Counted from the first letter of the stretch, positions 1 to 9,712 are shown. The stretch: DNA of 64,000 bases from an uncultured Ignavibacteriales bacterium (GCA_964503315.1 CAZCZL010000005.1:5335-69334), one strand, 5' to 3'. The notes: generated from the letters alone by a model not told the origin. Program-made: numbers and translations.

Positions 1-163
1 CGGATTCAATACGCTGAATAGATTCATCGCGGCCTCGCAGAGCTATCAGTCGCGATTTGCCGCAGGATTTGGAACGAACTTCCCGGTCAAAGCGGGGAAA
101 CCGTATCAGGCGAACAACGCCGCGAGCGGAACATTCCCGCAGTAAGGCCAGGAGGGTGACAGT

Positions 164-3100
164 ATGAGAAAAAAACGTCTCGATATATCCGGAGGTGCCA
201 CAGTGGCAAAGGGAAAAGAGCTTCTTAGGATGCAGAAGTTGCTTGGACTTGTCGTACTGTTGTTGGTCACGCCGTTGACATCTGCGTTCGCGCAGGGATC
301 GATCTTTGGTACGGTGCAGAACTCGAATCTGAGCACACCGGCCAACGGACAGATCAGTTTCTACGGCTTCACCGATAATACTGACGACGAGATCCGCCTG
401 GAATCCTCGATCGGTGCTGGATATGACGCCGGCAACTGGTTCGATGATTTCCAGAACTATCTCTCGAAGACACCAGGCAACCCGTACACATACCGCTTCT
501 TCAATACGACGAACGGCGAAGGTGCGGTGCTGGCCAGTACCATTCCGAACAACTCCTTCCAACAGGAGAATATTGTATTGGGTACGGTCAGTTGGCCGGC
601 AGCGCCGACCGGAATGTCGGCCCGGATAATCTCCTCGACCTCCGTGGTCCTCACGTGGACCCGCGTAGCCGGAGTGACGTATCACGTTTACCGTCGTCCC
701 TCCACCTCGCAAGGTTCGTTCTTCCGGATAGACAACCCGGCCGGTTTGTTGACCGATGCCGGCGAGGTTGATAGTTTCTTCGTTGATAATACCGTCTCTG
801 GTGGCTTGTCGTATGACTACCTGTTGATCGGCCAGAATGGTTCTGGTCTCGGTCCGCACTCGTCCATCCTGACGGTCTCCACCGCCACTCCCACCGCGCC
901 GGCGATCGCATCCATTACGCCGACCAGTGGTTCGAGTCTCGGCGGCACGCCGGTGGTCATCGCCGGTACCGGATTCGATGTCAATGGCGCCACGGTGACT
1001 CTTGATGGCGCGCCGCTTACCTCCGTGACTGTAACGTCACCGTTCCAGATCAACGCGGTCACTCCGGCTGGATCCGCCGGACCGGCTGATCTGGTCGTGA
1101 CCAATACCGCCGCCGGGCTTTCCGCATCCCTCCCCGCGGCCTATACCTATCTTGGCAACCAGGCGCCAGTGTTGGCCGCGATCGGCCCGCGCTCGGTAAA
1201 CGAAGGGGCCAACTTGAACTTTGGTGTCTCCGCGAGTGACGCCGACGGCACCACGCCCACTCTGACCACTTCAACGCTTCCGCTTAACGCGACCTTTGTT
1301 GACAACGGCAATGGAACCGGTACGTTCAACTTTACGCCGAGCTTTACGCAGGCCGGCGCGGTCAACGTGACTTTCTACGCGTCGGATGGCATAGTCATTG
1401 ATTCCGAAGTCGTTGCAATCACGATCAATAACGTGAACCAGTTGCCGGTGTTGGCGACGATCGGCCCGCGGTCGGTGAATGAAGGCGCCAATCTGAATTT
1501 TGGTGTCTCCGCGACTGATGCTGACGGTACCACGCCGACGCTGACAACGTCCGCTCTGCCGCCCAACGCGGTCTTTGTTGACAATGGGAACGGCACCGGG
1601 ACCTTTGATTTCTCGCCGAGCTTCAGCCAGTCGGGCGTGATCAACGTCACGTTCTACGCAACGGATGGTTCCGCCATCGACTCCGAGCAGGTCGCTATCA
1701 CCGTGAATAACGTCAACCAGGCGCCGGTGCTGGCGGCAATCGGTCCGCGCGCGACCACTGAAGGAGCCGTATTAAACTTTGGCGTCAGCGCCTCTGATCC
1801 TGACGCGACTACGCCTGTTCTGACTACTTCGGCACTCCCGACCAACGCGACGTTCACTGATAACGGCAACGGCACGGGGACATTCAACTTCGCGCCGAAC
1901 TTCACTCAGGCAGGTGTCTACAACGTGACGTTCTACGCCTCCGATGGCACCGCTATCGATTCTGAAATTGTCGCGATAACGGTTACCGGCACAAACCAAG
2001 CGCCGATCCTGGCCGCTATCGGCCCGCGCGCGGTCACCGAAGGGCAGCTATTGAACTTTGGTGTCACCGCCTCTGACGGCGATGGTTCCACGCCGACCCT
2101 AACGACGTCCACGCTGCCGCTTAACGCCACATTCATCGATAACGGCAACGGCACCGGTACATTCAATTTCACGCCGTCGTTTACGCAGGCTGGATCGGTA
2201 AACGTGACCTTCTACGCGACGGACGGAATCGACACTGATTCCGAAGTCGTCGCGATCACGATCAATGAAGCGGGTAACCAAGCGCCAGTACTGGCGAATA
2301 TCGGCCCGCGCGGTGTCTCCGAAGGGAACACGCTCGCCTTTGTGGTGAGTGGATCCGATGTGGACGGTACTTTCCCGACCCTCAGCGCCGTCAATCTTCC
2401 GCTTAACGCGACTTTGACGGATAACGGCAACGGTACGGCCAACTTCAGCTTCACACCTGATCTGACGCAGTCCGGTTTTTACGCGGTCACATTCATCGCT
2501 TCGGATGGCGCGCTTGCCGACTCCGAGATAGTCGCGATAAACGTCACCGAGACCAACCAGGCGCCGGTGCTGGCCGCGATCGGCCCGCAAGCGGTCACTG
2601 AAGCGCAGTTGCTGACCTTTGGCGTCAGCGCGACTGATGGTGACGGCGACACGCCAACTTTGACCACTTCAGCGCTCCCCAGTGGTGCGTCGTTCATTGA
2701 CAATGGCAACGGTACCGGGACATTCACCTGGACGCCGACCTTCCTACAGGCGGGTGTCTATCCGGTCACGTTCTACGCGACTGATGGTCTGGTGACCGCC
2801 GATGTTGATTCTGAGGTGGTGACCATTACGGTAACTGACGCAGGTAACCAGACACCGGTGCTGGCGACAATCGGCCCGCGGTTCATTACCGAAGGCGCGG
2901 TGCTGAACTTCGCGGTCTCAGCGACGGATGCTGATGGCACTCCGCTTACTCTGACCGCGGATCCGCTGCCGACCAACGCGACGTTCACGGATAACGGGAA
3001 CGGCACGGGGACGTTCAATTTCGCGCCGGACTTCACGCAGTCCGGAGGTTATCAGATCACGTTTGTGGCCAGCGATGGCGCTGCCGCTGACTCGGAGTTA

Positions 3101-5716
3101 GTGACGATCATGGTCACCGAGTCTGGAAACGTTTCGCCGGTCATCACCGCGATCCCTGACACTTCAGTCTCTGAGGGTGGCGTCGTGGTGATCAACGTGA
3201 CCGCGGATGACCCGGATTCACCACTCGCTCCCGCGCTCGGCATTTCCGCGGCGACACTGCGCAATTTCACGTTCACTGATAACGGTAACGGCACCGGCGT
3301 ACTGACTTATTCGCCGGACTATATTGATGCCGGTGTTGACTCGGTCTACTTCTTTGCGACCGATGGCTCTTCCACTCCCGGCTCTGAGCTGGCAGTGATC
3401 ACGACGATCGATGTCAACCAGATACCATTCTTCCGCGCGGTGACACCGAAGCAAGTGCAGGCGAATGATTCGCTCCGCTTCACGGTGACGGCGGTTGACT
3501 CGACCGATCCGGGATGGCCGCGCCGTCTCTTCCTGACCGCGACCGGTCTGCCGGCTGGCGCGACTTTCACTGACAATGCCAACAATACTGGTACTTTCCG
3601 CTGGGCGCCCAATTCGACGCAAGTGGGAAGCTACAACGTGACACTTTACGCGACCGACCAGGGCATCCCCGCTCTCGCCGGGACCGTGGCAGTGCCGATA
3701 TCAGTCGTGCCGGTCAACAATCCGCCGGTGCTGAATCTTGCTTCGGCTGAAGCCCGCATCGTGGGTGAAGGGCAGTCGTTGGTGGTGAGCATCAGCGCCA
3801 CCGATCCAGATGGCGGCACGCCGTCGATCGATGGACAGGACCTCCCCGCCAACTCGTCGATCGTACCGACCGGCGCGGGAACCGCTGACTTTATCTTCAA
3901 CCCTGATTTCACGCAGGGCGGCAATACCGGCAAGTCACGGCTTTACTCCGTGACGATCCTCGCGAGCGATGGCTCTGCGACCGATCGTTCGGTGGTGACC
4001 ATACAGGTTGTCGACGCAGGAAATCAGGTACCGGTCTTCGATACTGTACCGTCGCCGACGTTGACCGAAGGTCTGGTAGATACGTTCGTCGTGCACGCGT
4101 CCGACCCGGATGGCGGCACGATCACATTGTCGGCTATCAACGCGACTCTGCCGACCAATGCTGACTTTATCCCGCGTCCGGATGGTAATGGCTGGATAAT
4201 CTTCAGCCCTGGCTACACGCAGGCCGGTACATATCAGATAGGGATCATTGCGAGCGATGGCACGCTCGTCGATACGGTCTATATAACGATTGAAATTCTT
4301 GAGGCCGGCAACCAGCCGCCGGTGTTGGCGACTATTGCGGATCGTTCTGTGAACGAACGCGCTGCTCTCGTCTTCAGATTCTCCGGCACCGACCCGGATG
4401 GTCCTCGTCCGCTCTTGTCAGCGGCTCCGCTGCCGACGGGCGCGGTGGTGGTTGACTCCGGTAACGGCGCGGCATCGTTCACCTGGGTTCCGACAAACTT
4501 TGACGCGGGTGTGTATCCGGTCTACTTCTATGCCGAAGACCGTGACTTCGCCGGTGTTTTCGATTCACAGCTCGTGAATATCACCGTTCTCGACTCGAAT
4601 ATCGCGCCGATCATTTTCGCGACCGGCGGACGGACGATCAACGAAGGTGACACGCTTCGGTATGTGATCTCCTCTTCGGATGAGGATCTGACCATTCCGA
4701 GCATTCGGTGCCGCCTGACGACCGCTGATTCACTGGCGACCAATATGTCGTTCTTTGATTCCGGCAATGGTATCGGTGTGCTGACGTTTGTTCCTGACTA
4801 CACGCAGGGCGGGAACGGAACGGTCGGGAATACACAGATACTGTACAACGTCTATTTCATCGCGACCGACGAGACTGATCCATTGTTGACTACTCAGACC
4901 TCGGCGGTCCAGATAACGGTGCGCCATATCAACGCGCCGCCGAATCTGGTCTTCCCGTTAGGCGAAGGACCGTTCACGATCAACGAAGGGACCACCCTTA
5001 CCTTCAACGTTACGGCGAACGACCCTGATGGCGGGCTACCCACTATCTCGGCGACGAATATTCCGACAAACGCGACGTTTGCCGCAGGAATAATTTCGAG
5101 GACATTCAGCTTCACGCCGGACTTTACCCAGGCCGGAACCTATGTCGTCAGGTTCTATGCCAACGATGCGGGGACTCCGGTTCGCTGGGATTCGGTCTAC
5201 ATGACGATCAACGTAACGGATGCCGGCAACCAGGCGAGTCGCTTCACGACGACCCTCCCCGACACCTTGAACGTTGCCACTAATGTGTTGACACAATTGG
5301 TGATACGGGCGACCGACCCCGAGCATACCACAATCACACTGGCGGCTTCGCCGCTCTCGCCAGTCGCCACGTGGGTCGATTCCGGGAACGGAATTGGTGT
5401 CTACTCCATCACGCCGGACTCCACCATGGTGGGTCAGGGGTGGGATATGGAGTTCACCGCCACGGACGCTCAAAGTGCCGTAACGACGATGCATACCCAT
5501 CTGCGGGTGGTGAGTTTCCTTCGCGGAGACCTCGATCAGAACGGCAAATATACGTTGATCGACCTGGCCGTGCTGGTGAACTATCTGCTCCGTCAGGGTC
5601 CGCCGCCGGTGACGCCTGAGACGGCTGATGTGAACGCGGACTTGAAGATAGACCTGTCGGATCTGGCGTATATGATCAACTTCATGTATGACGGGGGGAG
5701 TCGTCCGCCGCAATAA
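164..5716 (+). CDS. giant secreted surface adhesin: FN3-like + IPT/TIG + 15 tandem cadherin-like Ca-binding Ig modules + C-terminal dockerin
   Basis: 1850-aa ORF. GGAGGG Shine-Dalgarno (151-156) lies 7 nt before ATG164. Hydrophobic signal segment LLGLVVLLLVTPLTSAFAQ. IPT/TIG-like ITPTSGSSLGGTPVVIAGTGF. Repeated NQAPVLAxIGPR..SASDxDG..DNGNGTGTF..FYAxDG modules. Terminal dockerin. Confidence 0.9.
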   Translation: MRKKRLDISGGATVAKGKELLRMQKLLGLVVLLLVTPLTSAFAQGSIFGTVQNSNLSTPANGQISFYGFTDNTDDEIRLESSIGAGYDAGNWFDDFQNYLSKTPGNPYTYRFFNTTNGEGAVLASTIPNNSFQQENIVLGTVSWPAAPTGMSARIISSTSVVLTWTRVAGVTYHVYRRPSTSQGSFFRIDNPAGLLTDAGEVDSFFVDNTVSGGLSYDYLLIGQNGSGLGPHSSILTVSTATPTAPAIASITPTSGSSLGGTPVVIAGTGFDVNGATVTLDGAPLTSVTVTSPFQINAVTPAGSAGPADLVVTNTAAGLSASLPAAYTYLGNQAPVLAAIGPRSVNEGANLNFGVSASDADGTTPTLTTSTLPLNATFVDNGNGTGTFNFTPSFTQAGAVNVTFYASDGIVIDSEVVAITINNVNQLPVLATIGPRSVNEGANLNFGVSATDADGTTPTLTTSALPPNAVFVDNGNGTGTFDFSPSFSQSGVINVTFYATDGSAIDSEQVAITVNNVNQAPVLAAIGPRATTEGAVLNFGVSASDPDATTPVLTTSALPTNATFTDNGNGTGTFNFAPNFTQAGVYNVTFYASDGTAIDSEIVAITVTGTNQAPILAAIGPRAVTEGQLLNFGVTASDGDGSTPTLTTSTLPLNATFIDNGNGTGTFNFTPSFTQAGSVNVTFYATDGIDTDSEVVAITINEAGNQAPVLANIGPRGVSEGNTLAFVVSGSDVDGTFPTLSAVNLPLNATLTDNGNGTANFSFTPDLTQSGFYAVTFIASDGALADSEIVAINVTETNQAPVLAAIGPQAVTEAQLLTFGVSATDGDGDTPTLTTSALPSGASFIDNGNGTGTFTWTPTFLQAGVYPVTFYATDGLVTADVDSEVVTITVTDAGNQTPVLATIGPRFITEGAVLNFAVSATDADGTPLTLTADPLPTNATFTDNGNGTGTFNFAPDFTQSGGYQITFVASDGAAADSELVTIMVTESGNVSPVITAIPDTSVSEGGVVVINVTADDPDSPLAPALGISAATLRNFTFTDNGNGTGVLTYSPDYIDAGVDSVYFFATDGSSTPGSELAVITTIDVNQIPFFRAVTPKQVQANDSLRFTVTAVDSTDPGWPRRLFLTATGLPAGATFTDNANNTGTFRWAPNSTQVGSYNVTLYATDQGIPALAGTVAVPISVVPVNNPPVLNLASAEARIVGEGQSLVVSISATDPDGGTPSIDGQDLPANSSIVPTGAGTADFIFNPDFTQGGNTGKSRLYSVTILASDGSATDRSVVTIQVVDAGNQVPVFDTVPSPTLTEGLVDTFVVHASDPDGGTITLSAINATLPTNADFIPRPDGNGWIIFSPGYTQAGTYQIGIIASDGTLVDTVYITIEILEAGNQPPVLATIADRSVNERAALVFRFSGTDPDGPRPLLSAAPLPTGAVVVDSGNGAASFTWVPTNFDAGVYPVYFYAEDRDFAGVFDSQLVNITVLDSNIAPIIFATGGRTINEGDTLRYVISSSDEDLTIPSIRCRLTTADSLATNMSFFDSGNGIGVLTFVPDYTQGGNGTVGNTQILYNVYFIATDETDPLLTTQTSAVQITVRHINAPPNLVFPLGEGPFTINEGTTLTFNVTANDPDGGLPTISATNIPTNATFAAGIISRTFSFTPDFTQAGTYVVRFYANDAGTPVRWDSVYMTINVTDAGNQASRFTTTLPDTLNVATNVLTQLVIRATDPEHTTITLAASPLSPVATWVDSGNGIGVYSITPDSTMVGQGWDMEFTATDAQSAVTTMHTHLRVVSFLRGDLDQNGKYTLIDLAVLVNYLLRQGPPPVTPETADVNADLKIDLSDLAYMINFMYDGGSRPPQ
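1157..5524 (+). repeat. in-frame tandem array of 15 cadherin-like modules (about 93-97 aa each) inside the adhesin gene
   Basis: Module-opening AAC codons sit at 1157, 1436, 1715, 1994, 2276, 2555, 2846 and 3128, giving periods of 279, 279, 279, 282, 279, 291 and 282 nt. Modules 1-7 are near-identical at protein level; modules 8-15 are progressively divergent (NVSPVI.., NQIPFF.., NNPPVL.., NQVPVF.., NQPPVL.., NIAPII.., NAPPNL.., NQASRF..). Confidence 0.9.
5525..5713 (+). other. dockerin module (two EF-hand-like Ca loops, each followed by a helix)
   Basis: GDLDQNGKYTLIDLAVLVNYLL ... DVNADLKIDLSDLAYMINFMY. The 12-residue DxDxNG....D and DxNxD...D..D loops are followed by hydrophobic helices, as in type I dockerins. 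Confidence 0.75.
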
Positions 5717-5753
5717 TTGCGCTCACACGCATCTATTTTTGTCGCGTATATCA

Positions 5754-5789
5754 AGCCCGATTCGCCGCGTGCGAGTCGGGCTTTTTGTT
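5754..5789 (+). terminator. rho-independent terminator after the adhesin gene
   Basis: 12-bp stem agcccgattcgc / gcgagtcgggct (one G-U pair), 5-nt loop, then a TTTTT run. It lies 38 nt after the stop codon. Confidence 0.7.
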
Positions 5790-5821
5790 CCCGTCGGACG
5801 CCGTTTTTAAGGTCAAAAGTC

Positions 5822-5850
5822 TTGACAAAAACCCTTCAAATCAGTAAGTT
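5822..5850 (+). promoter_or_regulatory. candidate sigma-70 promoter (TTGACA-17-TAAGTT) far upstream of the 6267 gene
   Basis: Perfect -35 TTGACA at 5822-5827, a 17-nt spacer, and a weak -10 TAAGTT at 5845-5850. This would give a leader of about 410 nt. Confidence 0.3.
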
Positions 5851-6266
5851 ACCATTCGGAAAAGTCTTAATAGTGGTTTGACCGCTTGTGTGGTCTTACA
5901 GGTGTAAATCTCACGGTATAAATGCGAAGGTGGCCGCTCCGCCGACTCAACGCGAGTAGATGATCGTGACCGGATCATCGATGGACGGAGTTGCCTGTAG
6001 CATAAATCACTTTATTGAACGCGTACTGCACTAGTTCACGTCTCGTTGGCTTTTTCGGACGAGGGGTAAGTGACGCCAACTCAACCGGCCTTGCAGAAGG
6101 TATGGAAGGGAGGTGGATTTACAGAGTAGAGTAACAACACGCCGCCGATGCGCATCCATCAACTACAGGCATCGTCCGGCTCCTTTTGCATTTCAGATTT
6201 GATTCGAAGAATCAGTGTAATCCAAAATACGCTGGGAACTATTGTAAACAGTTGAAAGGAACAAGC

Positions 6267-9200
6267 ATGACGAAGAAATGGTTCTCGATTGTCGTCCTTC
6301 TGGTCGTGCTCGTTGGGATGCTGGCTATTACGGCTGATGCCAAGCTGCGTCCGAGCGATCCACGAATTGAGAAGGCACGCATCTTCCAGAGAAGCCTGGC
6401 CCTTGATGACGGTCTGGGTGAGGCGATAGCTGGCGCTCGCGGCTATCAGACTTCCTCGCTCGGCGCCGCTCAGCCGGCTGTCGATTCTCGTGGTGCCCTG
6501 GTTGCGCAGACTTGGCGTGACTGGATGGCGAATGCCGCGATCGGCCGTACCGTCGATCACAACCCCCCGGCCTCGTTGTTCCCCGGTGTGCAGTTCGCCT
6601 ACATGGAGAAAGCCTCCGCGGCGGCGTCAGACCGTACCCGTTGGGGATGGGCGGCGTATGAAGCCGTTACCGCTGGTGGTTCGTATGTACCGGCCGGTGG
6701 TAAAGTGGTAGTGCAGTCGGATGCTCCGGGTTCAGTGGAAGCCGGTTCCTATCCGAAGATCTATGTTGATCAGACTGGTACTGCCCTTTTCGGTTCGTAT
6801 GACTTCCCGGATCAGGCCTCCCTGCCGAACGATATGTACATGCATATTTCGCAGGACGCCGGCCCGATCGTCGGTGACTTCGGTGGTATCCTTGATGGTA
6901 GCGTCATGGACAATGCGATCCGCAACGCGGGTGGTATTGAAGGCGCGACCACCATCTGGCCGACCATGGCTGTCCATGAGGCCGCTGGCGTTCTCACCAT
7001 CTACCTCGCGGCGTTTGAAAACGTCGGTGGTAACGATGGCGCCATGAAGGTTTTCCGCAAAGTTGGGTATGCCCCGGCGAACCCGGATGCTACCTGGTCG
7101 ATCGTCTTCAGTGACACGACCTTCTTCCCGTCTCAGGATATCTCTGCGTCGCCTGTGTCGACCCGTGTAGGCGTCTGCTGGCCGAAGTTCACTCCGGCTG
7201 GCCGTACCGCCGGTGACACGTCGCAGAACGATGTCTGGTGCGCGATCTCCCCGACCGGCGCGTCCGGTACCTGGGTCCGCACGAACATCACCAACTACTC
7301 CGGTGCCGGCTATCGCGCCTGGTTGGAAGTTGGTTGCTTGTTTGACACGTCAGACAAGTTCCACGTGATCTGGAACGGTTCGTACACCGACGGCGTCGAT
7401 TTCGGCAACCGTCGCTGCCGTCTGTTCCACTGGTCGGAGCACGTTCCGGGCAGCATCTACACGATCTTTGATGCTGGTTGGGATCCGACCTTGACGGACT
7501 GCGTGGGTGGTTCGAACGTCATGAACGTTGGTAAGTTCTCCATCGCCGAGTGCGACGGTCGCCTGTACGCGATCTTCTCGGCGTGGAACTGGCCCGGTGT
7601 CGATGGCACCGATCCGGTTGACGACTGCTGCGCCAGCGCTTCGGTCGCCCAGGGCGCCAACGGCGAAGTCTATCTCTCCGTTTCCTCGAGCTTGACCGGT
7701 AATGCGTGGGATGTTCCGCGTAACCTGTCCGGTTCTTACGCTCCGGCCTGCGACACGGGCAACTGCGTCGACGACCGCTGGGCTTCCATCAGCCGTTTCG
7801 GCATGGATGACGCTCTGTATACTTCCCCGCAGTGGGCCAACGCCTATACGTATGATCTGGGCACTGGCTACGCCGGGACGAAGTATCTCCAGGTCTGGTA
7901 TGTCACCGACCGTTATCCGGGCGGTGGTATTCTGGCCACTCCGCAGGGTCCGCTGACCAACAACGATATGCGCTGGATCCGTATGGCGTGCGTTGCGCCG
8001 GTCCCGGCCGCTCTGCTTTCCGTCTCCCCGGGCTTCATCGCCTATCCGGAATACACCAAGCCGTCAGTCGAGAAGCAGTACACGCTGACTCTCGAAAACA
8101 CGGGTAACACCACGTTGACCATGGGTGCGATCACCGCGGTTGAAGATTCCGTGAAGCCGGCCCTTCCGGCGGTTCCGGGATGGCTCGGTTACTCTGGCGC
8201 TCCGGCGAGCATTCCGATCGCCAGCTCCGCCAACATGACGCTGGAACTGAACAACGGTGGTGTTGTCACTACCGGCCCGCGCCGTCTCTATGGTAAGCTG
8301 GTGTTCAACTATGGACCGCCCGCGAAGGTTCTCAATTTCCCGATCGAATTCATCGTGGCTGACACCATCGTGTTCACTACGTGGGATTCCATCACCACCC
8401 AGTGCGGCATTCGCCTGACGGTTGCTTCCAATGGTAACATGGGTAACAACTTCCTCGGCGGCGCCAACATGGGCTTCCCGCAGCCGTCTCCGGAATGCGA
8501 TACCAACGGTGGTACGCTGAATCCGGGTGATGCTGATATTTACATGGGCGACGGTTCGCCGACTATCGTTCGTAAGAACGGTGCGACGTATATCGCTTCC
8601 TGGTCGATCTTCCAGGATGGCTTTGCCTCCGCCAATGGCTTCAAGCCGTTGTTCGGCTTTGCCACGAAGGGCTCCTTCAGCGCCGCTCGCTGGGATGGCT
8701 ACAACTCCGGTACCTTCTGCACCTCCGACTCGCTCGTGAAGGTGGAGAAGACCTGGTGGGCCCCCAATGGCGCGACCAACGCTGATAGCTGTAAGTTCAT
8801 CATTCAGCGCATGCGCGTCTTCCCGTACACCATTGGCAACTCCGTGGCCGGTCTGGCCATCGGTGAAGCTTGGGACTGGGACGTGCCGACTGATACCGGT
8901 ACCTCTTCCGACGTCGCCTTCACCGACCCGACTCGCCGTCTGGCCGGTATGCGCGGATTCCGCTCGGTTGACACCGCTATCACGAACCACTCCTGCTACA
9001 ACAACTCGTTGCGGTATGCTGGTTCTGCGCTCATCGCGATGCACTTGAAGAACTGTGTCGTTGAAACCGCTCTGTATGGTGCTTACAACGCCGCCAACGA
9101 TAGCTTTGTCTATCCGGCCGGCGGATTTGTGCCGGAAGAACTGTGGGCCAACATGCAGTCGACTGGTTACTCTAACGAGTCGCGCGTGACTGACCTTCAC

Positions 9201-9647
9201 ACCGTTCTCGTCTACAAGAACGGCGCCTCGAACGTCGGCTACACTCTGCCGGCGAACGACACGCTGACTATCTGGACCGCGATGGCGGTTGTCCGTCCGA
9301 CCGGCGGCACCACTGCTCAGGGTCTGGATTCCTTGAAGAAAGAGATCGACAAGGCGTTCAAGTGGTATGAAAATGTGCGCCAGTGTACGGCCCCCCCGAC
9401 CTGCTGTATCGGTACCACCGGTAACGTCAACAAGAGCGCTGGCGAAACGCCTGACCTCTCTGACTTGTCACTGCTCGTCGGTTATCTGACGATTCCTGCC
9501 CCGAACAAGCCGGTACTTCCGTGCTTGCCGGAGGCGAACGTCAATGCTACGGGCGGCGTCAACCCTGACCTCTCGGATCTTTCCTTGCTGGTCGGATACC
9601 TGACGATTCCTGCCCCGAACAAGCCGGTCCTGCCGAACTGCCCGTGA
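6267..9647 (+). CDS. secreted Cys/Trp-rich protein of unknown function with C-terminal dockerin-like tandem repeat
   Basis: Start chosen at ATG6267 (GAAAGGA SD 6 nt upstream; signal peptide MTKKWFSIVVLLVVLVGMLAITADA). The ORF track start at 6186 has no signal peptide. There is no recognisable catalytic motif. The C-terminus carries 2x PDLSDLSLLVGYLTIPAPNKPVLP. Confidence 0.8.
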   Translation: MTKKWFSIVVLLVVLVGMLAITADAKLRPSDPRIEKARIFQRSLALDDGLGEAIAGARGYQTSSLGAAQPAVDSRGALVAQTWRDWMANAAIGRTVDHNPPASLFPGVQFAYMEKASAAASDRTRWGWAAYEAVTAGGSYVPAGGKVVVQSDAPGSVEAGSYPKIYVDQTGTALFGSYDFPDQASLPNDMYMHISQDAGPIVGDFGGILDGSVMDNAIRNAGGIEGATTIWPTMAVHEAAGVLTIYLAAFENVGGNDGAMKVFRKVGYAPANPDATWSIVFSDTTFFPSQDISASPVSTRVGVCWPKFTPAGRTAGDTSQNDVWCAISPTGASGTWVRTNITNYSGAGYRAWLEVGCLFDTSDKFHVIWNGSYTDGVDFGNRRCRLFHWSEHVPGSIYTIFDAGWDPTLTDCVGGSNVMNVGKFSIAECDGRLYAIFSAWNWPGVDGTDPVDDCCASASVAQGANGEVYLSVSSSLTGNAWDVPRNLSGSYAPACDTGNCVDDRWASISRFGMDDALYTSPQWANAYTYDLGTGYAGTKYLQVWYVTDRYPGGGILATPQGPLTNNDMRWIRMACVAPVPAALLSVSPGFIAYPEYTKPSVEKQYTLTLENTGNTTLTMGAITAVEDSVKPALPAVPGWLGYSGAPASIPIASSANMTLELNNGGVVTTGPRRLYGKLVFNYGPPAKVLNFPIEFIVADTIVFTTWDSITTQCGIRLTVASNGNMGNNFLGGANMGFPQPSPECDTNGGTLNPGDADIYMGDGSPTIVRKNGATYIASWSIFQDGFASANGFKPLFGFATKGSFSAARWDGYNSGTFCTSDSLVKVEKTWWAPNGATNADSCKFIIQRMRVFPYTIGNSVAGLAIGEAWDWDVPTDTGTSSDVAFTDPTRRLAGMRGFRSVDTAITNHSCYNNSLRYAGSALIAMHLKNCVVETALYGAYNAANDSFVYPAGGFVPEELWANMQSTGYSNESRVTDLHTVLVYKNGASNVGYTLPANDTLTIWTAMAVVRPTGGTTAQGLDSLKKEIDKAFKWYENVRQCTAPPTCCIGTTGNVNKSAGETPDLSDLSLLVGYLTIPAPNKPVLPCLPEANVNATGGVNPDLSDLSLLVGYLTIPAPNKPVLPNCP
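9420..9644 (+). other. dockerin-like module (degenerate loops, duplicated 24-aa segment)
   Basis: GNVNKSAGETPDLSDLSLLVGYLT..(38-aa offset)..ANVNATGGVNPDLSDLSLLVGYLT. Cys residues flank the segments (CCIG.., LPCLP, LPNCP). Confidence 0.55.
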
Positions 9648-9683
9648 TGAACGGTTAGTCTGAGTAGGATTGTCTCGACAATC

Positions 9684-9712
9684 AAAGGCCACCCGCAAGG
9701 GTGGCCTTTTTT
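9684..9712 (+). terminator. rho-independent terminator
   Basis: aaaggccaccc-gcaa-gggtggccttt, an 11-bp stem with a GCAA loop, followed by a T-run. Confidence 0.8.

Noticed and set aside
1-163. Possible 3' end of an upstream gene, or a promoter for the adhesin gene.
   Set aside because: All plus-strand frames contain stops within the first about 140 nt, and no clear -35/-10 pair is visible. The region is too short to interpret.
1059-5115. Series of 65-160-aa minus-strand ORFs inside the adhesin gene (e.g. 1147-1365, 1375-1650, 1654-1905, 1933-2172, 2212-2454 ...), many beginning MKLNVPVPLPLS.
   Set aside because: They recur with the same about 280-nt period as the sense-strand cadherin-like modules. 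They have no SD or signal features and lie wholly antisense to a 1850-aa ORF with clear domain content. They are a mirror artefact of the repeat.
8064-9200. 378-aa minus-strand ORF inside gene 6267-9647.
   Set aside because: It is an Arg/Gly/Val-rich low-complexity translation typical of antisense frames in GC-rich coding DNA. The sense ORF is much longer and has a signal peptide and a conserved tail.
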